From: a plasmid
Direction: 5' to 3' (one strand)
DNA: 64,000 bases
Sequence record: NZ_CP020429.2
The notes under the pieces were generated by a model. The model made no database searches. It was not told the origin of the DNA and was given only the letters and a program-made list of their open reading frames with translations. Below are positions 55,410 through 64,000 of this stretch, one piece after another (positions within the stretch are counted from its first letter, which is position 1; each line of letters starts with the position of its first letter). The translations under genes were made by a program, and so were the position numbers.

Positions 55410-56735
55410 ATGTTACCTTATGTGTTTGTAGCGCTCATAACGGTACTAAATATTCTTGAGATGCTTTTGATGGCTTATCTGCCGTTTTACGCTACCTGTA
55501 AGCAACTGGGCTGTAGTATTGGTAAAGTTTATTGGCTTTTATTTTTTCCTATTTACCTTGTTGCTGTCAATTTACCCTACTTTTTTGAACCATTTCTTTT
55601 TATTGCCTATTTTTATATCCTTTTTCGTCTGGCTAATAAAAAGAATAGAGCGTTTTCCTTTTTTAATGCAGCTTTTATAGTACTTAGTTATGACACTTTC
55701 CATCGCTTTTTTCGCAGTGTCATGACTAAGATTATTGATTTGGATAGTCTTTATCATTTGTTTTTTAATTTTTTTTTAGCTGTGAGTTTTGTCGAATATC
55801 TGGTTCCTTTATTTTGTCTCATTCTTGTCTTAAAAAATATAGACCTTAGGTTTGATCTGCTAGAAAAAGATGATTTTAAAAAGATAGTCTGTAAAGCTAA
55901 TATTATCTTTATTGCTTTACTTCTTTCCATGACTATGTGGACTATTATCATGGGAAACCATGCATTTCTTATTAATACGTTTGGTTCAACCATTTCCTTG
56001 GTTCACCTGCTGCTCTTTTTATATGTCGCTCAATATCTTAAATCTCAACAAAATACTTACATGGTTCATCAAGAGATTAAACGACGAGAGGATGCGAACA
56101 AAGAGCTTAATCAGTTTGTTAATAAGCTTGGTAGTTTATATGATGAAATTCGAGGATTTAGACATGATTTTGCTGGTATTATAGCCAGTCTAGCTCCAGT
56201 TATCCAAGAAAGAAATATTAATGAGATAGAGTTAGTTTACAAAGATGTTTTGCTAACCACAAATGCAAATCTTCAAAAGTTAGACTATTCTGCCTTTGAT
56301 TTGAAAAATATTGATGATTTGGCTTTTAGAAATGCTCTTGCTAAAGCGATGTTAGAAGCTGAAAAACAAGGCGTCACTTTCAAGTGTGATGTACCAGGGC
56401 ATATTCCAGTTGTTGATATTTCTATGCTTGATATGATTAGGATATTATCAATCCTTCTAACAAATGCAGTTGAAGCAGCGCAAGAAGCTGATAAACCTCT
56501 CGTTGAGGTTGCTATAACAAATAAAAATAATGTTATAACAGTTATGATTTATAATACACGTTCAAAAATACCTTTAAATAAACGTCGTATTTGGGAAAAA
56601 GGTGTATCAAGTAAGGGAGACGATAGAGGATTGGGCTTGTATAATCTCAAAAAATTATTGGGAGATTATCCTCAATTAAGTTTAGAGACGAAAGTCGGTC
56701 AAGAGGACTTTACTCAGATAATGACGATTCAGTAA
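55410..56735 (+). CDS. HPK10-family peptide-sensing histidine kinase.
   Basis: There are multiple TM helices. The H-box is IRGFRHDFAGIIASL and the G-box is KGDDRGLGLYNL. Confidence 0.8.
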   Translation: MLPYVFVALITVLNILEMLLMAYLPFYATCKQLGCSIGKVYWLLFFPIYLVAVNLPYFFEPFLFIAYFYILFRLANKKNRAFSFFNAAFIVLSYDTFHRFFRSVMTKIIDLDSLYHLFFNFFLAVSFVEYLVPLFCLILVLKNIDLRFDLLEKDDFKKIVCKANIIFIALLLSMTMWTIIMGNHAFLINTFGSTISLVHLLLFLYVAQYLKSQQNTYMVHQEIKRREDANKELNQFVNKLGSLYDEIRGFRHDFAGIIASLAPVIQERNINEIELVYKDVLLTTNANLQKLDYSAFDLKNIDDLAFRNALAKAMLEAEKQGVTFKCDVPGHIPVVDISMLDMIRILSILLTNAVEAAQEADKPLVEVAITNKNNVITVMIYNTRSKIPLNKRRIWEKGVSSKGDDRGLGLYNLKKLLGDYPQLSLETKVGQEDFTQIMTIQ

Positions 56736-56746
56736 AGGAGTGGAGT

Positions 56747-57496
56747 ATGCGTATCATTGTTTTAGAGGACAATATTCATCATCAGTTGCGACTAGAATCA
56801 GCGCTTTATGATGTTGCAAAAAACTTGAACCTTCATATTTATGTTGAGTGCGCTACAACATTAGAGGAGTTTGAAGACTATAAACAAAAGGAAGCTGTCA
56901 ACCAAGTTTACTTCCTTGATTTGGAGATTGATGGAGATAGAGACAAAGGATTTCAAATAGCAAAAACTATTAGAGAAACAAATCCCTATGCTGTTATTAT
57001 TTTTACGACAACTCTTTCAGAAGCTATGCCTTTAGTCTTTAAAAATCATGTCTCAGCACTTGATTTTATCACAAAAGACCTACCTGAGAAAGATTATCGA
57101 GCACGTGTCAAACAATGCTTAGAGCAGGTTTTAAAACATGGACAGACGAATAAGCATGAGGAAATTTTACATTATAGTTATCAAGGAAGACCAGGCATCA
57201 ACATTCCCATTTCAGACATTCTTTTTATTCAAACTTCTGTAAAATCGCATCGCTTAGTCATTTATACTAGTGAGTTTATCAAAGAGTTTTATGGTAGCTT
57301 GTCTGAAATTTTGCAATTGGATACGAAGAACCATTTTCAACGTGTTGACCGATCAGCTATTGTTAATGTTCAAAATATTGCTAGTTATGACTCAAAGACG
57401 AAGGAAGTGATGTTTTTTGAGGGAACCACTTGTCCTGTGTCACGATTACATTTAAAGACCTTAAAAATACGTATGAAAGAATTGGGAATTTTATAA
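56747..57496 (+). CDS. LytTR-family response regulator.
   Basis: It has a REC domain MRIIVLEDN and a C-terminal LytTR domain. Confidence 0.8.
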   Translation: MRIIVLEDNIHHQLRLESALYDVAKNLNLHIYVECATTLEEFEDYKQKEAVNQVYFLDLEIDGDRDKGFQIAKTIRETNPYAVIIFTTTLSEAMPLVFKNHVSALDFITKDLPEKDYRARVKQCLEQVLKHGQTNKHEEILHYSYQGRPGINIPISDILFIQTSVKSHRLVIYTSEFIKEFYGSLSEILQLDTKNHFQRVDRSAIVNVQNIASYDSKTKEVMFFEGTTCPVSRLHLKTLKIRMKELGIL

Positions 57497-57543
57497 TTAG
57501 AAATAAATACTAAATAAAGACTGTGTTCTGTATAACGGCTCCT

Positions 57544-57735
57544 TTCTACCATTTGTCAAGTCTATCAAGACTTTAAGTAAAAAAAGAGATAAGACAGTAG
57601 CTATTCTGAGGTTACTGTCTTATTTTTAACACTTTTTGATCCATAAATGGGCATGCTAAAAAAACACCTCATCTGGTATTGTTTGAAACAAGGTGTTAGA
57701 ATTATAGGGCATAGACGACTTTAATGACTTTGGGC
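57544..57735. repeat. Copy of a dispersed repeat of about 139 bp, with a terminator hairpin, plus about 55 bp of conserved flank.
   Basis: The sequence tttctaccatttgtcaagtctatcaag[a/g]ctttaagtaaaaaaagagataagacagtagctattctgaggttactgtcttatttttaac...ccataaatgggcatgctaaaaaaacacctcatctggtatt is nearly identical to 63669..63806 and 63807..63945. The flank gtttgaaacaaggtgttagaat..ggcatagac matches 63946-64000. A partial copy lies at 34462-34540. Confidence 0.85.
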
Positions 57736-57764
57736 TAAAGTATAGTCGTAAAGTTTATTATGTA

Positions 57765-58028
57765 TTATAAGATAATACATTGTCCTAATAAGGCGATGTA
57801 TAGAGGCAATCGTATGAGGCTTAGTTGAAGTTGTCTGCGATTGTCTTTTTCGTTTCTCATAGAAATCTGAGATATGGCAAGGATTGGTATGGCTAGCTGA
57901 AGCGATATTGTGAATGCACTTGAACAAGATTTTTCTGGCATATGAGTATCAGTTTCAAAAACAAGAGAAATAATGATGTTAGGGTCTTTAATTCCGATTA
58001 ATTCTGTGGTATTCTTAATAAGTCTCAT
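57765..58028 (-). pseudogene. Probable ISL3-family transposase N-terminal remnant.
   Basis: The 87-aa ORF begins MRLIKNTTELIGIKDPNIIISLVFETDTH, like ISL3 transposase N-termini, and has no remainder of the gene. Confidence 0.35.
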
Positions 58029-58173
58029 AAGTTCTTCCTAATGATGGTTTGGTTGCTTTTCATTATAGTTCTTATGGGACTTTTTGTCTGCATTCAAAAA
58101 GCTCTATAATCTCTACAGTGGTTTTACCCACTACAGAAATTATAGAGCCGATAAAAAACGTAACGATAAGGAT

Positions 58174-59379
58174 TCAATTGTTATTCAATAATTTATCTTT
58201 AAAGTAGTTGAAGAAAGTTTTTTTAGCGATAACACTCACTACTTTTCCCTGCATACCATAGGTAAGATTTTCTCTATCTTGTGATGTTACATTGACTTTA
58301 GCGGTTACTTTGAAGAAGTTACCGTTTTTTGTTTCTGTTGTAGCTTTATCTAGTGAGACAATCTCTCCTTTTATAACTGTAGGAGTTTTTCCAACGGTAT
58401 TTAGTGTAAATCTTACAGTTTGTTGTTTTTTCAATTGGTTGATATAGTTTGAGTTGACATAGTATGTTATGGCTACATTTTTAGCTTCAGAAAGATTAGG
58501 ATAAATTTGTCCAATAACAGTTCCTTGAGGTATATAAGATTCGCCTTTGATTTGACTATTGAGATGTAGGACACCATTTGAGTTAGCGTACAGGCTAGTT
58601 GCTTCTTTTCTGATATTAGCTTGTTCAAGTTGGGCTTGAAGACTTTCTTTGTCTTTATTGACTTGATTAAGCTGTTCTTGAGCTTGTGATACTTGCTGAT
58701 TTCGCAGTGTCTCTATTTGTGAAGAAGCGCTATTATCGTAAGTTCCAGTGGTTACATTACTAGAAAGCTTCAGATTAAGATTGTCAATGTCTGATTGTGG
58801 TTCTTGATATTGGTTGACCTGTGTTTGTAGTTCTGTTATTTGTTTAGGAATACTAGAATTAGCTTTATTCACACTTTCCTCTTGCTTTGCAACTGTGACA
58901 TTGGCTTGATTAACTTGGCTAGTAATAGTAATCGCTTGGTTTAAAAATGCATTGATTGTGCTAGAGTAGCCAAATTCATCATTATCTCCGAAAAGATTCG
59001 TCCCTTGTTTTAAACTGTTAATTAACGTCTCTAAAGCAGCAGCTTGTCTATCATCTCTATCTATTTGCTGCTGAATACTATTACTCTGAGAAGCTTCGAG
59101 CTTATCAGAGTATTTAACGAGAAGGTCTCCTTTTTTTACTGTCTTATTATCTTTAAGATTGTTAGTTGAGATAATATTATTACTAGTAGATTGAATAACC
59201 TCGATTACTTTTGTTGGCGTGATTTCCCCAGTACTTGTTACCGTTATTTCTGTATGAGCAAACAAAGAAAATAATACAATGAATAAGACCAGTAGCGTCA
59301 AAGGTAGCACGAGTATAGTAGCAAAGTTATGATAACGACGTTGGTAGAACTCCGCTGATTGAAATAAGTGGTTGTTCAT
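58174..59379 (-). CDS. blpB: Bacteriocin/competence-peptide export accessory protein, ComB/BlpB of the HlyD family.
   Basis: It has an N-terminal TM helix and a long coiled-coil periplasmic region. It lies directly downstream of the C39-ABC transporter gene. Confidence 0.7.
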   Translation of the reverse strand: MNNHLFQSAEFYQRRYHNFATILVLPLTLLVLFIVLFSLFAHTEITVTSTGEITPTKVIEVIQSTSNNIISTNNLKDNKTVKKGDLLVKYSDKLEASQSNSIQQQIDRDDRQAAALETLINSLKQGTNLFGDNDEFGYSSTINAFLNQAITITSQVNQANVTVAKQEESVNKANSSIPKQITELQTQVNQYQEPQSDIDNLNLKLSSNVTTGTYDNSASSQIETLRNQQVSQAQEQLNQVNKDKESLQAQLEQANIRKEATSLYANSNGVLHLNSQIKGESYIPQGTVIGQIYPNLSEAKNVAITYYVNSNYINQLKKQQTVRFTLNTVGKTPTVIKGEIVSLDKATTETKNGNFFKVTAKVNVTSQDRENLTYGMQGKVVSVIAKKTFFNYFKDKLLNNN

Positions 59380-59389
59380 AAAACTCTCC

Positions 59390-61528
59390 TTACTTGAATA
59401 AATGGTAGTAGAAGCCTTGTTTATTGATCAATTCTTGGTGACTACCTTCTTCAATTAATTTTCCTTTGTCAAGGACAATAACACGGTCAACCTGTTTAGC
59501 GATACTTAGTCTATGTGCGACAAAAATAATTGTTTTATCTGTTAGCTGCATCAGATTATTGATGACTTTTTTCTCTGTTAAAACATCTAGACCGCTTGTA
59601 GCCTCATCAAGAATCAAAATAGGAGCTTGGGTTAGTAAAGCACGTGCTAAAGCTAAGCGTTGTTTCTGTCCACCTGATAAGCCAGCTCCATCAGATAGTT
59701 CTGTCTGATAACCAAGGGGCATAGCTTCAATATCTGCTCGAATTTCCGCAATTTGACAAGCCATAAGGATATCTTCTTGAGTAATGTCTGGACTTGCTCC
59801 TAAGGTGAGATTGTCTAAAATAGATCCTGAAAAAATATATGATTGTTGTGGAAGGTAGTTAATGTACTGACGGAGTTGCTTTTTATCAATCATTTTCAAA
59901 TCCATATTACCCAGTCGAATATTGCCTTGGTTAGGCTCATAAAAGTTTACAATCATCTTTGCAAGTGTCGTTTTACCAGAACCACTGATTCCAACTAAAC
60001 TGACTTTTTCTCCTTGTTTTATAGTTAAATTGAGGTCACTTAGAGTGTAGGTCCCAAATCCATATCTGTAAGACACATCATGAAAAGTGATGTTACCAGA
60101 AAGTTTTGACGTCATACTAGTTGTGCCTTCAAATTCAGAAGCAACGAGATAAACTTCATTAAGACGTTTATTAGCAACCTTAGCAGATTGCAACTTTGTT
60201 TGAAGATTAATAATATTTTCAATAGGATTTGTAAAATAAGATAGCAAAGTATTGTAAGTGATGAGTTGACCGATTGAGATTTTACTATCCATCACTAAGC
60301 TAGCGCCGAACCATAAAATAGCAACATTTAAAATGAGTTGAGCACCGTGCTTTAATGAAGTTTGGACATTTTCATATATGCTTAGTTTGAAAGATTTATC
60401 GAGATAATCAACAAACTCGCTATCAATTTTTTGGTAACGCAATTCCTCACTAGTTAGTGATTTAATCGTTTCAATACCATTGATATCCTCTATAATAGCT
60501 GAGCTAACCATGGCATTACTTTGCATCACATCATGGTTCATCTTTTCAAAAGGCTTGAGAAATGCAAAAATAATGACTGTATAAATCGGTAAAGCTACGA
60601 GTGTCAAAAGAAATAGCTGTATATTTTGAAGCACTAGTACACTACCGACAATAAAAACGATACTAACATCTAGAAAGAGGGATAGGATAGTTGATGCCAA
60701 AGCATCTATGATGGAGTTAGCATCTGTAAAACGAGAGGTAATCTCCCCAGTTCTCCTAGTTGCAAAGAAAGACATAGGTAGTGTAAAGATATGGCGGATG
60801 TAGGATAAAATGACATCTATTGTCAGTCGTTGGCTAAGCACTCTTAATAGATAGGACTGGGAGAATGCCATGAGCTGCTGCAGGATATAGGTGATGACAA
60901 GTCCTAGAGAAATAATGCCTAGAGTTGATTTCATATTATTAGGAATGTACACATCCAAAATTCCCTGTAAATAATAAGAACCAACAATATTGACCAAAGT
61001 GACAAGCAAGCTAGCTAAAACAATATAGGTAATTAGTGTTTTTTGCTTTATGATTAAAGGGAGAAAACTTAAAAGACCGTTTTTCTTATCCTTGTGTGGC
61101 TTGTAACTAGGAGCTGGTGCTAAGAAAATAGCAACACCTGTCCATTCCTGCTTAAAGCGCTCCTTAGACATTTTAGTAACTTTTACACTCGGATCTGGAT
61201 CACCAATAATCAGATAATCTTTCTTAGCTTTATAAACAACATAAAAATGTTGCAATTTCCTTTCTTTATTGACATGGACAATGAACGGATAAGGAATATC
61301 CGTCATATCAAACAATTCCATATTTGCCTTAATTGCCTTGGTTTCAAATCCCATTTTTTTGGCAGCTTCAGTAATACCTAGGGCAGTAGTACCCTCTTTT
61401 GTCGTTTTTGCAAGTTCTCGAAGATGAGCTAGTGAGAAGTCAGAACCGTAGTGTTTGGCAATGGAGGCAAGGGCAGCGACACCACAGTCACGCATATCCA
61501 TTTGAGCAACATAAGCATACCGTTTCAT
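59390..61528 (-). CDS. blpA: Peptidase-C39 / ABC transporter for double-glycine peptide processing and export, ComA/BlpA-type.
   Basis: The N-terminal C39 Cys motif is MDMRDCGVAALASIAKHYG. It has a six-TM domain and a C-terminal ABC ATPase, with GISGSGKTTL, LSGGQKQRLALARAL and ILILDEATS. Confidence 0.85.
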   Translation of the reverse strand: MKRYAYVAQMDMRDCGVAALASIAKHYGSDFSLAHLRELAKTTKEGTTALGITEAAKKMGFETKAIKANMELFDMTDIPYPFIVHVNKERKLQHFYVVYKAKKDYLIIGDPDPSVKVTKMSKERFKQEWTGVAIFLAPAPSYKPHKDKKNGLLSFLPLIIKQKTLITYIVLASLLVTLVNIVGSYYLQGILDVYIPNNMKSTLGIISLGLVITYILQQLMAFSQSYLLRVLSQRLTIDVILSYIRHIFTLPMSFFATRRTGEITSRFTDANSIIDALASTILSLFLDVSIVFIVGSVLVLQNIQLFLLTLVALPIYTVIIFAFLKPFEKMNHDVMQSNAMVSSAIIEDINGIETIKSLTSEELRYQKIDSEFVDYLDKSFKLSIYENVQTSLKHGAQLILNVAILWFGASLVMDSKISIGQLITYNTLLSYFTNPIENIINLQTKLQSAKVANKRLNEVYLVASEFEGTTSMTSKLSGNITFHDVSYRYGFGTYTLSDLNLTIKQGEKVSLVGISGSGKTTLAKMIVNFYEPNQGNIRLGNMDLKMIDKKQLRQYINYLPQQSYIFSGSILDNLTLGASPDITQEDILMACQIAEIRADIEAMPLGYQTELSDGAGLSGGQKQRLALARALLTQAPILILDEATSGLDVLTEKKVINNLMQLTDKTIIFVAHRLSIAKQVDRVIVLDKGKLIEEGSHQELINKQGFYYHLFK

Positions 61529-61675
61529 ACATTATTTCCTTTTTAGGTAATTTAATTAATTATGCCATAATAAGATATAAATTAGGGAATGTTTGCCTAA
61601 ACAGTATATTTTTATTCCTAAAAGGGAGACTGATGTTAGTATGATTTTATGGACACGTTTATTTGTTTGGGTAAA

Positions 61676-61772
61676 ATTCATACAACAAGTGATGGGTAGA
61701 ATAGCCTATCACTTTTTTTTCAGCACGCGCGTGAGTAGGACATCATGTAACTTTTAAACACAAAAAACTAGA
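61676..61772. repeat. Right copy of the about 97-bp direct repeat, in the blpA promoter region.
   Basis: See 49596..49692. Here the copy is followed by aaaactagagcgatggccctagttgtaaagg. Confidence 0.8.
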
Positions 61773-62225
61773 GCGATGGCCCTAGTTGTAAAGGAGGTTT
61801 GTTCACATCTGGGTTTATAGGAGATTATGATGTGAACGGGATTGATTAGGAGTCTCTATTTCTATTAGGAGGATTAGAGACAGAAAGGATTAGTTTTTGA
61901 GTGTAGTTTCATCGAACTACAAGAAGATTATATCAATTTATGAGATAGGATACAATGGACTTAGGGGGTGTCACACCCCCTATAATTAGAGATCGACTGA
62001 CTTATGGTATAGTAGTATGTTTTATTGTGTGCCATCCTATAATTAGACTAATAATTAATATAAACAATAGTTTAGGAGTGACAGAAGCAGTAATGAATGA
62101 AATGAAACAGGACAATGTCATACTATGATATATGAGATACTAGGTCTATAGGGCAAATTAGCCAGGGGATGACTTTTATTATCTATGGTATAATAAGATA
62201 AATTTGGAGTTGTAGAGGTGAGCAT

Positions 62226-62843
62226 TTGGAAGAAAATAGACCTGATTTTAGAGATATAAAATCGTTTGAAGAATTTAACAGATACTACTGGTATCGAGAA
62301 GAGCTTTCACAAATTTGTAAGTACCTTGGATTAGAATACAGATGTACAAAAAAAGAATTAAATCATATTATAGAACAATATTTTAAGGGAAATAGAGTAG
62401 AAAAATTTTTGAGGAAAAGAAACAAAAATCAAACCGAAATAATAACCCTAAATACATCATTACTTGAATGTGGGTTTTCCTTTAATCAGAAATTTCGTGA
62501 TTATTTTTCAGCTGTAACAGGTGTTAATCCGTTTAAATTTAATGCTGATATGGCAACAGCTTGGCGAAAAGTAAAACGGGACAACAACATAAATTTTACA
62601 ATACAAGATATGATTAAAATATACTATGGAGAGTCAGACTACGCCAAGTATGATAATTCAGCTTGCCAATGGAATCAATTTCTAAAAGACTTTTGTGCAG
62701 ATGAATTTAGCAATCATTACTCCAACAAGTTAAAAGTTGCGGCTATCCTTTGGAAAGAAGTTAGAGATTCAAAAAATAAAAAAATTTATTCACGGGGACT
62801 TCTAAAAGAATATAGCTACAAAATAGAGGAGTACTGTAAGTAA
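62226..62843 (+). CDS. Hypothetical 205-aa protein with a SAP-like motif. It occupies the position expected for csn2, upstream of the CRISPR leader.
   Basis: It has a TTG start with a gaggtg RBS. The segment EELSQICKYLGLEYRCTKKELNHIIEQYF resembles the SAP helix-loop-helix L..L....L...GL.....K.EL...I. It has no similarity to Csn2, Cas1 or Cas2. Confidence 0.4.
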   Translation: MEENRPDFRDIKSFEEFNRYYWYREELSQICKYLGLEYRCTKKELNHIIEQYFKGNRVEKFLRKRNKNQTEIITLNTSLLECGFSFNQKFRDYFSAVTGVNPFKFNADMATAWRKVKRDNNINFTIQDMIKIYYGESDYAKYDNSACQWNQFLKDFCADEFSNHYSNKLKVAAILWKEVRDSKNKKIYSRGLLKEYSYKIEEYCK

Positions 62844-63316
62844 ACAACTTCAAGTTTGTCGAACGGAATATAAAGTATTAAAGACGATAGAAATAAAAAA
62901 TCTATCAAAAGATTATTTGAAATGTACGAAGAAAAGAAACAAAAGAATGAATGACTATGGTATCCTTTTGGTAGCTAAACAGACAAAATATCTTGTTTTT
63001 TACCCACTACAAATATTATAGAGCCGTTATTTCAAGACTATCTTTTATTATTTAGTAGTTTCTGTATGAAGTTGAATGGAATAATTATTTTGTTAGAGAG
63101 TAGATTATAAGGTTTTGATAGAGGATGAGTTAAGTTGTTTGACATATGATTATTAAGAAATAATCCAATATGGTGACAGTCACATCTTGTCTAAAACGTT
63201 GCTATATAAGGTTTTTTAGAGTATAATAAACCTAAAAACGGAATCATTTTGAAGCTGAAGTCATGCTGAGATTAATAGTGCGATTACGAAATCTGGTAGA
63301 AAAGATACCCTACGAG

Positions 63317-63616
63317 GTTTTAGAGCTATGTTGTTTCGAATGGTTCCAAAACTAGGCTTCGTTTGTTAGTAACATACGAGATGTTTTAGAGCTATGTTGT
63401 TTCGAATGGTTCCAAAACAGGGAAGAACAAGATTTCATCAATCCAGATGTTTTAGAGCTATGTTGTTTCGAATGGTTCCAAAACAAGAGATTCACGCCAC
63501 CGACCGTATCGCTGGTTTTAGAGCTATGTTGTTTCGAATGGTTCCAAAACTGTATGCGTGATTGGAACACTGGCGAAAGGGTTTTAGAGCTGTGTTGTTT
63601 CGAATGGTTCCAAAAT
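63317..63616 (+). CRISPR. Type II-A (streptococcal Cas9-type) CRISPR array of 5 repeats and 4 spacers.
   Basis: The 36-bp repeat gttttagagctatgttgtttcgaatggttccaaaac is at 63317, 63383, 63449 and 63515. A degenerate terminal repeat gttttagagctGtgttgtttcgaatggttccaaaaT is at 63581. Spacers are 30 bp each. A leader-like sequence ..attacgaaatctggtagaaaagataccctacgag lies immediately 5' of the first repeat. Confidence 0.92.
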
Positions 63617-64000
63617 CTATAGGGTTATTCTATTCCTTCAGATCTTGACTGATGAAAAAACTGGTTCTTTTCTACCATTTGTCAAGTCTATCAAGGCTTT
63701 AAGTAAAAAAAGAGATAAGACAGTAGCTATTCTGAGGTTACTGTCTTATTTTTAACCCTTTTTTATCCATAAATGGGCATGCTAAAAAAACACCTCATCT
63801 GGTATTTTTTCTACCATTTGTCAAGTCTATCAAGGCTTTAAGTAAAAAAAGAGATAAGACAGTAGCTATTCTGAGGTTACTGTCTTATTTTTAACCCTTT
63901 TTTATCCATAAATGGGCATGCTAAAAAAACACCTCATCTGGTATTTTTTGAAACAAGGTGTTACAATAATACGGCATAGACAGCCTTATCGATTTTGGGT

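Noticed and set aside
63352-63570. 72-aa minus-strand ORF with repeated FWNHSKQHSSKTS.
   Set aside because: It is a translation across the CRISPR repeats.
1-64000. Searched for tRNA or rRNA genes, cas genes, reverse transcriptase or retron signatures, and a tracrRNA anti-repeat.
   Set aside because: No T-loop ggttcgaatcc-type tRNA signatures were seen. No Cas9, Cas1 or Cas2 motifs, no YADD reverse-transcriptase motif and no sequence complementary to the CRISPR repeat were seen anywhere in the window.

Overview
The window is low-GC (about 35-38 %) Firmicute DNA, most likely from a Streptococcus of the salivarius/thermophilus/mutans type. The basis is the type II-A CRISPR repeat, the blp/com-type bacteriocin loci and a YSIRK/LPKTG wall protein. 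Eight blocks read in order. (1) Bases 1-6125, minus strand: a very large cell-wall adhesin with a YSIRK signal peptide, an MSCRAMM-like N2 'TFTDY' domain and about 5.5 near-identical 672-bp tandem repeats encoding SpaA/CnaB-like Ig domains. A Pro-rich stalk and an LPKTG anchor follow, and the C-terminus is cut by the window start. (2) About 7.2-26 kb: a block of accessory genes that all read on the minus strand. It has a TIR + P-loop NTPase, a frameshifted DarB-like N6-methyltransferase/SNF2-helicase giant gene and a HipA-like kinase with a small partner. It also has a PilT/VirB11-like ATPase, an XRE HTH regulator, an HExxH protein, a RelA/SpoT small alarmone-synthetase-like gene and a zinc-finger/Toprim primase. 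(3) 26-32.4 kb: a plasmid-like maintenance module. It contains duplicated AT-rich roughly 280-bp repeats, a ParA-like ATPase, a ParB/ParG-like gene, an array of 22-bp iterons, a Rep initiator and a tyrosine recombinase. A membrane DRGH nuclease follows. (4) 34.6-36.7 kb: an orphan ComD/BlpH-type histidine kinase with a LytTR response regulator. (5) 37.6-47.7 kb: an IME-like block with a VirD4/TraG-type coupling protein and a run of unknown membrane, thioredoxin and zinc-ribbon genes. (6) An intact IS30-family element. (7) About 49.6-61.8 kb: a bacteriocin island bracketed by about 97-bp direct repeats. It holds an LPKTG-anchored thioredoxin, two double-glycine bacteriocins with immunity genes, a GG-leader pheromone with its kinase and regulator, and BlpAB/ComAB-type exporters, interspersed with IS3 and ISL3 remnants. 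(8) 62.2-63.6 kb: a SAP-like 205-aa gene sits where csn2 would be, upstream of an orphan type II-A CRISPR array of five repeats and four 30-bp spacers. The array has a recognisable leader but no cas genes in the window. Dispersed 139-bp terminator-containing repeats follow. No tRNA or rRNA genes were recognised.
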